Of a stretch of DNA of 64,000 nt, positions 9,615-17,885 are shown piece after piece. The translations under genes were made by a program, and so were the position numbers. Below the pieces are notes generated by a model. That model was not told where the DNA came from, did not search any database, and saw nothing but the letters and a program-made list of their open reading frames with translations. The DNA lies in assembly GCA_030739585.1 (NCBI GenBank), contig JASLYX010000005.1, forward strand, positions 14,804-78,803. Reading direction: 5' to 3'. This stretch comes from Candidatus Bathyarchaeota archaeon. GTDB lineage: Archaea > Thermoproteota > Bathyarchaeia > TCS64. How positions within the stretch are numbered: the first letter of the stretch is position 1; every line of letters starts with the position of its first letter.

Positions 9615-10030
9615 TTAGGCTGAGGATGGGGATCCTACGTCTCTCTGATCTACCCAGAGGAACTCTCTAATCGCCTGGTCTGCCTCCTCTGAAAATAGCA
9701 CAAACTCATCCTCATTTTTGTATCCTGTTGGCCTCTCCTGGACCTTTAGAGTGATTTCCTGGGAGACCCCCTTGACTCATGCGTAATACAAAAGCCCATA
9801 GTAGATATCCGAGAATAAACTTATTTCTCTCATTAAGTTCTCCCTAGTCTTCATCTCAACGAGAACGTACCCCCTGAGCCCAATCCTATTGATGACATCC
9901 GTTGAGTAGCTGATTTTCCTTGCGTTGTTAAAGTCCTGAACTGCTTCTCTAAGTCACTGTAGTAACTTCTCGCCCTTAGCAATTGAAGTTAGATGATCTC
10001 TTGAAATTAAACTAATTAACTGACATTGGT
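9615..10030 (-). pseudogene. Unidentified reading frame interrupted by two in-frame TGA codons
   Basis: One minus-strand frame of ~138 codons with protein-like composition; stops only at TGA 9954-9956 and 9777-9779 before TAA 9615-9617. Confidence 0.4.
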
Positions 10031-10034
10031 TTTT

Positions 10035-10898
10035 TCAGCTCGTCTGTGTGCCGATTTTCTTGCTCTCCTTTTTCTGGGTCAAAAACCTCCTTGACGCCAG
10101 GAGCCCTTTTTTGATGGCCTTCCTCTCTGGGTCCGGGCTGATCCTCTGGAGGATCTGTATGGTGAGCTCATAGAGAATATAGAAGGGGACGCTCATCAGG
10201 AGCATGGTGAAGGGAGTAGGGTCTGGTGTTAATATTGCTGTAAGGATTAGGAGCCCCGTAAAGATCCCCTTTCTGTTATTCTTGAGAGTCTCAACCTCTA
10301 AGAGGTCCGCCTTCACTAGCAACCAGATGATCACGGGAAAAGTGTAGAAACTCCCAGATCCTAGGATCCCGAAGGCCACCATATCATAGAAATCCTTAAC
10401 CGCAAAGATTGGGAGAACCCTGCTCTGACTCACAAAATTATACAGCACATTGAACGTCGTGGGGAGGAGGAAGCACCATGCATAGGTGGCTCCCACTCCA
10501 AAGAGGAGTAAAACGACAAAGACGAACGAGAAAATCCCCCTCTTTTCGAATTCGTAGAGGGCGGGGTTGACGAACTTGAAAAGTTCCCAGGAGAGGTAGG
10601 GCAGAGTGACTAGAAAAGCGATAGTAAAGGCGACAAGGAAATAGATGTAGAATGGGTCGAGCCAGTTAAACGCGATGAGCTCAACTTCCCTGGGAAGCAG
10701 GGAATCCTGAATGATCTCAAGGACCCTGCTGATGAGAGGTTGGTAACCAGAGAAGTTTAGCTTAAGGATGCGCGTTAGGTCAGCGGGCGCCGACATTATG
10801 ACGAAGGTCACTATGGCGAGAGCGGTGAGGGCCCTCCGGAGGCGCGTTGCTAGCTCCTCGAGATGACCCCAGATGGACTGCTTTTGGTTGATGTTCAT
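10035..10898 (-). CDS. tatC: Twin-arginine translocase TatC
   Basis: HLEELATRL, FVNPALYEFEKR, AILTPDPTPFTM, LYEL. Confidence 0.92.
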   Translation of the reverse strand: MNINQKQSIWGHLEELATRLRRALTALAIVTFVIMSAPADLTRILKLNFSGYQPLISRVLEIIQDSLLPREVELIAFNWLDPFYIYFLVAFTIAFLVTLPYLSWELFKFVNPALYEFEKRGIFSFVFVVLLLFGVGATYAWCFLLPTTFNVLYNFVSQSRVLPIFAVKDFYDMVAFGILGSGSFYTFPVIIWLLVKADLLEVETLKNNRKGIFTGLLILTAILTPDPTPFTMLLMSVPFYILYELTIQILQRISPDPERKAIKKGLLASRRFLTQKKESKKIGTQTS

Positions 10899-10914
10899 CT
10901 ACACTCCGGGGAGG

Positions 10915-11214
10915 CTAAGCCTCCTTTTTATCAGTAGATTTCACGATGTCCTGAGCGATCTCGGAGACGCTCCTGCCTTCCGTCTCGATGCCCAGCTTCT
11001 TGGCCGCCTCGAGAATCGCATCACGGTCCTCATCGTCCTTGTCCTTAACTTTTGCCTTGACATACTTTGCGGGCTCCCTAGTGGCGTCTGTATACTCTCT
11101 CACCGCAGAGCCCATAGAGCGGGCCAGCTCGGGGAGCTTCTTCCCGCCAAAGAGCAGGAGAATAATGAAAAGGATAATAATTAGCTCCGAGGGTCCAGTC
11201 CTACCAAACGGCAT
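10915..11214 (-). CDS. tatA: Twin-arginine translocase TatA/E
   Basis: GPSELIIILFIILLLFGGKKLPELARSMGSAVREY. Confidence 0.93.
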   Translation of the reverse strand: MPFGRTGPSELIIILFIILLLFGGKKLPELARSMGSAVREYTDATREPAKYVKAKVKDKDDEDRDAILEAAKKLGIETEGRSVSEIAQDIVKSTDKKEA

Positions 11215-11458
11215 TGTAAATTAACTTCCCTTCAGAGGTATGATAAAAACCTTGCCGATATAAGCTTGCGGTTTATACTTACAAGTTTCCAGACGAGATT
11301 TTTCCTATAATAACCGCTAGGTCCGACCAAAATTAATCCAAAACAACTTTCAAAAAATTGTGACTGATTTTTATAAATTGTAAGTGACTAAAGCCTTTTC
11401 CTCTAAGATTGAAATATGAAACTCGTTTTTTCGCGATTTGTAGGGGAAAACGATAGGT

Positions 11459-11472
11459 GAAAAATTTAAAAA
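11459..11472 (+). promoter_or_regulatory. Putative BRE/TATA element of the nuo-like operon
   Basis: Purine-rich GAAAAA followed by TTTAAA ~30 nt upstream of the nuoA start. Confidence 0.4.
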
Positions 11473-11499
11473 GGTCAGTATATGATTAAAGGGGAGTGA

Positions 11500-11874
11500 T
11501 TGGCGATGTTATATTTAGGTGATCATGTTGCGTTTTGGATCTTCACAATCACTGAGATCGGGTTTCTTGTCTCTTCCATAGTACTCGCCTGGGTGATAGG
11601 TCCAAAGCAACCTAACAAGATTAAGGCAACGATTTTTGAATGCGGACAGGACCCAATTGGAGCTGCAAAGGACTATAAGATTCTCGGGATAACCCGATAC
11701 TTTGGGTACGCCGTGGTCTTCTTTGCTCTAGACGCCTTCGCCTGGGTGACCTTGACCGCTGCGATGTCCATAAACTTCACCTTTGATACGATTGCCATAG
11801 TCTCTGTATACGTATTTATAATCCTAGTAGGGGTCGGCTATTTCCTATCCGAGCTAAAGAAATTGGTGAGATGA
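11500..11874 (+). CDS. nuoA: Complex I-like subunit A
   Basis: KATIFECGQDPIG loop, YFGYAVVFFALD, 3 TM. Confidence 0.88.
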   Translation: MAMLYLGDHVAFWIFTITEIGFLVSSIVLAWVIGPKQPNKIKATIFECGQDPIGAAKDYKILGITRYFGYAVVFFALDAFAWVTLTAAMSINFTFDTIAIVSVYVFIILVGVGYFLSELKKLVR

Positions 11875-11875
11875 A

Positions 11876-12385
11876 TTGACAGAAGATTCCATAGAGCTGA
11901 AGAGAGCTCTCGACTGGGTCCCTGGCTCCGGCAGTGTCTATAATATCGTCGATTATCTTGCCGGGTGGGCCCGAAAATACTCTATTTGGCCCATACATTT
12001 AGTGACTGGGTGTTGTGGTCCTGAGTTCATGCAGACCTCCGGGGTGGAGTATGACATGGAGCGGCTTGGAATCCTTCCCTTCGCTAGTGTCCGCCAGTGT
12101 GACTGCATTATGGTGGTCGGTGTTGTTTCCAGAAAAATGGCTATACGTGTAAAGTACCTTTACGAGCAGATGGGGGAACCAAAATATGTTGTCTCAGTTG
12201 GAGCTTGCCCAACGGGAAAGGGGCCTTTCTACGACTCCTATGGGGCCGTCAAAGTCGACGAGTACGTCCCAGTGGATATTTATATACCAGGATGTCCGCC
12301 GCGCCCTGAAGCCATAATCCACGGAATGATGCTCCTCCAAGAGAAGATCAAGAACGAAAAGAGGATCGGTGTCAAGGTTGAATGA
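11876..12385 (+). CDS. nuoB: Complex I-like subunit B (N2 cluster)
   Basis: TGCCGPEF, GACP, IPGCPPRPEA. Confidence 0.93.
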   Translation: MTEDSIELKRALDWVPGSGSVYNIVDYLAGWARKYSIWPIHLVTGCCGPEFMQTSGVEYDMERLGILPFASVRQCDCIMVVGVVSRKMAIRVKYLYEQMGEPKYVVSVGACPTGKGPFYDSYGAVKVDEYVPVDIYIPGCPPRPEAIIHGMMLLQEKIKNEKRIGVKVE

Positions 12386-12839
12386 GGCGGAGCTCGTTGA
12401 TGCGATATTAACCTCCTATTCTGAGAGCATCAAGTCGGCTTCTGTTCTCCGGACCAGAAGGGTATCTGTTGTCGTAAAGAAGGAGACGATCTTGGAACTG
12501 GCTGAGGCTCTGAGGGATGAATATGGCTTTAAAACTCCCTCCGGCGCAGGAGGAGTAGACTACAACAGGGAGAACCGGATGCAGATGGTTTACTACCTGT
12601 TTAACCCAGATACTAAGATCACACTAACCTACAAGGTTGACCTACCCAGAGACAACCCGAGTCTCCCTAGCCTTACAGGGGTTTGGGAGGCGATGAGTTT
12701 CCATGAGAGAGAGGCCCACGAGATGTTTGGCATAGAGTTCGAGGGCCACGAAAATATGATTCCTCTCCTAATCTCCCCAGATTGGAGAGGGGGTTATCCG
12801 CTTAGGAAGGATTTCACGGGGGAGGCGCCTGCGGAGTGA
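12378..12839 (+). CDS. nuoC: Complex I-like subunit C
   Basis: HEREAHEMFGIEFEGH, YPLRKDF; TTG start after GGTG. Confidence 0.9.
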   Translation: MNEAELVDAILTSYSESIKSASVLRTRRVSVVVKKETILELAEALRDEYGFKTPSGAGGVDYNRENRMQMVYYLFNPDTKITLTYKVDLPRDNPSLPSLTGVWEAMSFHEREAHEMFGIEFEGHENMIPLLISPDWRGGYPLRKDFTGEAPAE

Positions 12840-13951
12840 GCGAGCCTGTTATTACTCCCGACATCATGCGGATAAGCTGGGGGCCTCAGCACCCCATGAG
12901 TGGCCAGACCCGGCTCATTCTTGATCTAGATGGGGAAAAGATCCACAAGATTACCGCTGACCTAGGCTTTACCCACAGGGGTATAGAAAAGACTCTGGAA
13001 AACCGGACCTTCCTTAAAGGAATCGTTCCTATCGAAAGGATGGCGATGATCGATACTCCGAACATCGGCATCGGATATGTCATGGCAACCGAGGAAGTCC
13101 TCGGCATTGATGTCCCTGAGAGGGCCAACTGGATCAGGAGTCTCGTCTGCGAGATGTCCCGGATCAGCAGTCACCTTTATGCCTTTGGATTACAGGTCGA
13201 AGCTACGGGGTTCTTCCCTGCAGTCTTCCTCTGGACCACCGCGGACAGGGTTCTCTTACTGGACCTCTTAGAGGAGCTCACGGGGGCTCGTTTCAGCTAT
13301 AACTTTTTCCTCCCTGGTGGAGTGATGAAGGATATCCCAGAGGGATTTACTAACAGAATTATAGAGATCGTCAATTATCTCAGGAGACGATTCACTGACT
13401 ACTGGGCTGCGATGGTTGAGAACGAGATCTTTGAGAAACGTTGCAAAGGCGTCGGCGTATTGACGCCTAAAGATGCGATCCGATTAGGAGCATGTGGTCC
13501 CGTTGTGAGGGGATCGGGTTTACCTATTGACGTTAGGAAGGATGAACCATATGCGGCCTACGGAGACCTAGATTTTGATATTGTCACCGAGTCCGCGTGT
13601 GACGTCATGGCCAGGACTAAAGTAAGGTTCCGGGAGATCGGTGAGTCCTTAAAAATTATGGAGCAGATCGCCAATGAGATCCCGGGCGGCCCCATCCGGA
13701 CCAGATTCCCCCTATTCACACGTTCCCGGCCGGGGGAATCCTATAGTAGGGTTGAGACAAGCCGGGGAGAGATGGGGATCCACATGTTAACCAATGTTGG
13801 TATGAATCCCTATAGGGTTAAGATCAACTCCCCGTCTTTGAGACATATGTATGTATTTGAAAGACTGTGTGAGCTGGACCGGATGACCATGGCCGATGTC
13901 CCGGTCGTGGTAAACTCGCTTGATATTTGGTACCTAGACGTGGATAGGTGA
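12836..13951 (+). CDS. nuoD: Complex I-like subunit D (no NiFe-binding CxxC motifs)
   Basis: GPQHP, GFTHRGIEK, ETSRGE, C-terminal [11 protein letters not shown]; lacks both hydrogenase CxxC pairs. Confidence 0.9.
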   Translation: MSEPVITPDIMRISWGPQHPMSGQTRLILDLDGEKIHKITADLGFTHRGIEKTLENRTFLKGIVPIERMAMIDTPNIGIGYVMATEEVLGIDVPERANWIRSLVCEMSRISSHLYAFGLQVEATGFFPAVFLWTTADRVLLLDLLEELTGARFSYNFFLPGGVMKDIPEGFTNRIIEIVNYLRRRFTDYWAAMVENEIFEKRCKGVGVLTPKDAIRLGACGPVVRGSGLPIDVRKDEPYAAYGDLDFDIVTESACDVMARTKVRFREIGESLKIMEQIANEIPGGPIRTRFPLFTRSRPGESYSRVETSRGEMGIHMLTNVGMNPYRVKINSPSLRHMYVFERLCELDRMTMADVPVVVNSLDIWYLDVDR

Positions 13952-14985
13952 TGATGGTGAATATTATCCAATCTCTTTTGAATTTCGTCGTTGAATTCCT
14001 AACCTTCAATGCTAAACCTCTTCTCCAGATCTACGTTTTACCCGGTCTTGCTTTCATTCTATTATTCGGGGTTGTTGCTGTCTGGTTTGAGAGAAAATTT
14101 CTCGCCAGAGCAATGCTCAGGGTGGGCCCTTATTACTGCGGTGGACGGTCTGGAGTGTTACAGCTGATTGCGGACTTTGTCAAGTTATTATTGAAGGAAA
14201 TCATCGTCCCCAAAGACATGAACTTTTTCTTCTTTGCAATTATGCCGGTTTTGATCGCAACGATACCAAGCTTAGCCATCTTATTAATCCCTTTTGATGT
14301 GAACTGGGTCCTATGGAATATAGGTGGCTTGGGATTACCCATGTTCTTCGCCATCGCGGGGGTTGCTCCATTGATCCCAGTCTTAGCGGGATGGGCTTCG
14401 AATAACAAATACAGTTTCATAGGGGCCTTTAGGGTCGCCTATATGTACATCAGCGCGGAGATCCCTTTGGTTCTATGTGGGGCTGCGGTCGCCATCATGG
14501 CTGGTAGCTTTAACCTAGTAAAGATTGTCCAAGCTCAGCAGAATCTGTGGTTTGCGGTGCCCCAATTCATAGGTTTTGTAATCTTTTTCCTTGGCGTCAT
14601 TATCGAGTCTGAGAGGGCACCTTTCGACATCCCTGTTGCCGAGACGGAAATAGTCTTCGGATGGAGGACAGAGTATAGCGGAATCCTTTTCGGTTTCACT
14701 ATGTTGGCAGAGTACGTGATGTTCCAGGCTTGGACCCTACTTTTTGTAACTCTCTATCTGGGAGGGTTCAACGGCCCTGTCATCTTCGGCAGTGTTATGC
14801 TAAGCCACATTATCTGGATGCTGGTAAAGTTCTCTGTTGTCGTGATTGTCATAATCCTAATCAGATGCGTTTTTCCGAGGTACCGACTAGATCAGATGCT
14901 TGAGCTTGGTTGGAAATACCTTACGCCATTGGCGGTGCTCAACCTATTTTTTGTGCTGGCACTAAAACTGTGGGGGATCTACTGA
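13948..14985 (+). CDS. nuoH: Complex I-like subunit H
   Basis: [49 protein letters not shown]. Confidence 0.93.
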   Translation: MMMVNIIQSLLNFVVEFLTFNAKPLLQIYVLPGLAFILLFGVVAVWFERKFLARAMLRVGPYYCGGRSGVLQLIADFVKLLLKEIIVPKDMNFFFFAIMPVLIATIPSLAILLIPFDVNWVLWNIGGLGLPMFFAIAGVAPLIPVLAGWASNNKYSFIGAFRVAYMYISAEIPLVLCGAAVAIMAGSFNLVKIVQAQQNLWFAVPQFIGFVIFFLGVIIESERAPFDIPVAETEIVFGWRTEYSGILFGFTMLAEYVMFQAWTLLFVTLYLGGFNGPVIFGSVMLSHIIWMLVKFSVVVIVIILIRCVFPRYRLDQMLELGWKYLTPLAVLNLFFVLALKLWGIY

Positions 14986-15455
14986 TGAAGCTATTCAAAA
15001 AAATAATCAAACCGTTCCTTACTGTGGCACCTTATGTGCTCAAGAACAGCCAGACCATCGCATACCCGACGGAGCGTCTCATATTCTCCCAACGGTTCCG
15101 TGGACGCCACAAGTTCTACTTCGAACGTTGTATCAGCTGCAACACATGCGTCCGGGTCTGCCCATGCAATTCAATTATTCTCGTCGAGGCGGACGGCCAT
15201 GAGGGAACGTATCCCCAGATCGACTATCAGACATGTAGTTCCTGTGGGTATTGCGTAGAATTTTGCCCAACGTTCGCCCTTGAGAATACCGATTTTGTGG
15301 AATTCTCTGTTAAGAATCGGGCTAACTTAGTTTACTCTCCGGAGATGCTCACTGAGGTCCCCGACCTCAAGGAGGTCCTTCCGAGACTCAAAAGGAGGAC
15401 AAAGAGGTATATGACGAAGACAGAGGTCAAATACAAGAAGGTGAGCGACGAGTGA
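14985..15455 (+). CDS. nuoI: Complex I-like subunit I (2x4Fe-4S)
   Basis: TIAYP...[30 protein letters not shown]. Confidence 0.92.
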   Translation: MKLFKKIIKPFLTVAPYVLKNSQTIAYPTERLIFSQRFRGRHKFYFERCISCNTCVRVCPCNSIILVEADGHEGTYPQIDYQTCSSCGYCVEFCPTFALENTDFVEFSVKNRANLVYSPEMLTEVPDLKEVLPRLKRRTKRYMTKTEVKYKKVSDE

Positions 15456-15712
15456 TAGAACTCCTTCTCGTCCTGGTACTTACAGTTATCAGTGCTGGGC
15501 TGTCAGTGACGATGCCCAATATTGTGTATGGAGTCTTCTTCCTATTATGCACCAATGTTGCCCTCGCAATTGCCTATTATATTCTAGGGGCACCCACTGT
15601 GGCTCTGTTTCAACTCGCGATCTTTGCAGGAGCTATTGTGGTCTTCTTCATTATCACAGTGATGCTCACAAAGTCTGGCGATATGGAGATAACCGAGGAG
15701 GTTGAGGCATGA
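15452..15712 (+). CDS. nuoJ: Complex I-like subunit J, N-terminal half
   Basis: [26 protein letters not shown]. Confidence 0.8.
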   Translation: MIELLLVLVLTVISAGLSVTMPNIVYGVFFLLCTNVALAIAYYILGAPTVALFQLAIFAGAIVVFFIITVMLTKSGDMEITEEVEA

Positions 15713-15996
15713 GTGACCTCTGGGAAAAGTACGGGATGACCATATCCGTTATCATCTTCCTCTCAGGTGTTTTTGCAACCTATATGTTCAACGACGCTCT
15801 GAGCTTCCCAGCTTTCGAATACCGATCCTCGGAATCGAGCCTAATTCCTATAGAACCCTATGATGATATCGCAGAGTTGTCTAGTCGTTTCATGTGGGAG
15901 AACCGTGCCCTCGACCTTATAGGTCAGGCTTTCGTCATCACGGCTTCAGTGATCTGCTGCTTGACATTGCTTAAGCCAGAGGAGGTTGAGCTTTGA
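15709..15996 (+). CDS. NuoJ C-terminal half / MnhB-like small membrane subunit
   Basis: 2 TM; FMWENRALDLIGQAFVI resembles the MnhB/MbhE 'R.xDT..E' motif; lies between J and K. Confidence 0.6.
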   Translation: MSDLWEKYGMTISVIIFLSGVFATYMFNDALSFPAFEYRSSESSLIPIEPYDDIAELSSRFMWENRALDLIGQAFVITASVICCLTLLKPEEVEL

Positions 15997-16307
15997 TGAC
16001 CCCCATTAATGCGCTCATTCTCACCACGATTCTGATGATCGTGGTCGGTCTAGGGTGCCTTATGTTCAAGAGGGATATGGTCAGGCTCCTCTTCGGGGTG
16101 GAAATCCTATTCAACGCTGCAAACCTGTTTTTTATTGCCTTAGCCACCCAGAACCCGGGCATGATCGATCCCTTTGCTCACTCCGTGGTTAACATGGCCA
16201 TCGTCCTTGATGGGACAGTAATCGCCGTCGGTCTCACGATGGTGCTCAACGTATACAAACATTACAAAACCATTGACATTAGGAAGCTGAGGCGGTTGAA
16301 ATGGTAG
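15993..16307 (+). CDS. nuoK: Complex I-like subunit K (MrpC-like)
   Basis: RDMVRLLFGVEILFNAANL...YKTIDIRKLRRLKW. Confidence 0.88.
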   Translation: MMTPINALILTTILMIVVGLGCLMFKRDMVRLLFGVEILFNAANLFFIALATQNPGMIDPFAHSVVNMAIVLDGTVIAVGLTMVLNVYKHYKTIDIRKLRRLKW

Positions 16308-17818
16308 TAACAGATATGATATCCCAAGGATTCCATCTTCCCTTGCCTTTGGCACTCCTCCTTATCGGAGGCCTAGCCACACCCCTCATCGGTATGGCTG
16401 CTGAGAGGATCGGCTTTGCAAAGGTGCGGGAGGCTTGGATGGTGATCGTTTCTGCCGGCTCCCTGAGCTCGGTTTACCTTCTTTATCAAAAGGTCGCCGC
16501 AGCCGGGGGAGTTTTGATTGTAGCCATGTGGGGACAGACTCCTCCCCTTGGAGGAATCTTCGAAATAGACATGCTTAGTGTTTTTATGACGGCAAGCATC
16601 GGCTTCATAGGGCTCTTGGTTGCCGTATACTCTGTGAGCTACATGGAGAATGAGACTAGGCTCACAGAGTTCTATGCCCTGGTCATATTCATGATGGCCG
16701 GCATGACAGGCATTGTGTTGGCAGGGGACCTATTTACCCTGTTCGTTTTCTGGGAGCTGATGGGCCTCTCCAGCTACGTGCTGGTCGCCTTCCTGAAGCG
16801 CACCTGGGGGCCAATAGAGGCCGGTTTTAAATATCTCATAATGAGCGCAACAGCAGGAGCCTTCCTTATCCTCAGTATGGCTATCATTTACGGTATGACT
16901 GGATCCCTCAACTTCGCGGCCATAGCCAGCACCCTCAGAAACGCCCCGGCCTCACCATGGCTCGTAATCCTCTTTAGCACACTAATCGTAGGGTTTGGCG
17001 TAAAATCTGCAATAGTCCCCCTCCATACCTGGCTGCCGGATGCCCACCCAGAGGCCCCCAGCCCTATCAGTGCATTATTGTCCGGAATAGTCATTGAGAC
17101 GGGTCTATATGCCCTCACTAGAGTCCTGTTTCTAGCATTTAATCCTAGTTTATTCAAATTTCCCATCGCTTTCCTTGCAGTTATCACCATGACCCTAGCC
17201 AACGTCATGGCGCTCCGCCAGACTGACCTCAAGCGTCTTCTAGCCTACTCCAGCATCGCTCAGGTTGGATACATGCTCGTCGGTCTGGCCGCAGGGACTG
17301 CCTACGGCGTAATGGGACTCCTGCTCCACGTATTCAACCACTCAATAATGAAGGGAATGGCTTTCCTCGCCACGGGATCCCTAGTCCACGAGGCTGGCAC
17401 CCGGGACATCGAGAGCTTGAGGGGAGTGGGGAAGATGATGCCCTTGACCTCCGTCAGCCTCTTCATCGCGTTACTAGGTCTTGGAGGCGTCCCAGGTACC
17501 AACGGCTTTATCAGTAAATACCACCTCTTCAGCGCCGCCTTCGGCTCAGGCCTGGGATGGCTGGGGATTATTGGAGTCCTGAACAGCGCCCTGAGCATGG
17601 CATACTACATTAGGGTCATGCAGGTTCTCCTGGGTACGCCCAGAGAGACCTTAAAGGTCCATGAGGCGCCGCTCTTGATGGTGGGCGTGACTGTTATAAT
17701 GACTCTCATCATAGTCCTCCACGGCATCTGGCCTGCCCACATCATCAACTTTGCGGCTACTGCCTCCGATTCCCTAGTTAATGGGCTCTCCACATTTATC
17801 GCGGCGGTGTTAGGCTGA
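16301..17818 (+). CDS. Antiporter-like subunit 1 (NuoN/MrpD-like)
   Basis: FVFWELMGLSSY, EAGFKYL, VKSAIVPLHTWLPDAHPEAP, KRLLAYSSIAQ, GFISKY. Confidence 0.85.
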   Translation: MVVTDMISQGFHLPLPLALLLIGGLATPLIGMAAERIGFAKVREAWMVIVSAGSLSSVYLLYQKVAAAGGVLIVAMWGQTPPLGGIFEIDMLSVFMTASIGFIGLLVAVYSVSYMENETRLTEFYALVIFMMAGMTGIVLAGDLFTLFVFWELMGLSSYVLVAFLKRTWGPIEAGFKYLIMSATAGAFLILSMAIIYGMTGSLNFAAIASTLRNAPASPWLVILFSTLIVGFGVKSAIVPLHTWLPDAHPEAPSPISALLSGIVIETGLYALTRVLFLAFNPSLFKFPIAFLAVITMTLANVMALRQTDLKRLLAYSSIAQVGYMLVGLAAGTAYGVMGLLLHVFNHSIMKGMAFLATGSLVHEAGTRDIESLRGVGKMMPLTSVSLFIALLGLGGVPGTNGFISKYHLFSAAFGSGLGWLGIIGVLNSALSMAYYIRVMQVLLGTPRETLKVHEAPLLMVGVTVIMTLIIVLHGIWPAHIINFAATASDSLVNGLSTFIAAVLG

Positions 17819-17885
17819 TGTTTTACGAAAACACTTTTAATTGGATACAAAAAATGGTAGGAAATATGATGGGAGGACAAATGTG

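Noticed and set aside
12836-13951. Group-4 [NiFe] hydrogenase large subunit
   Set aside because: Neither the N- nor the C-terminal CxxC Ni ligands are present; the protein ends in a NuoD-like DVDR.
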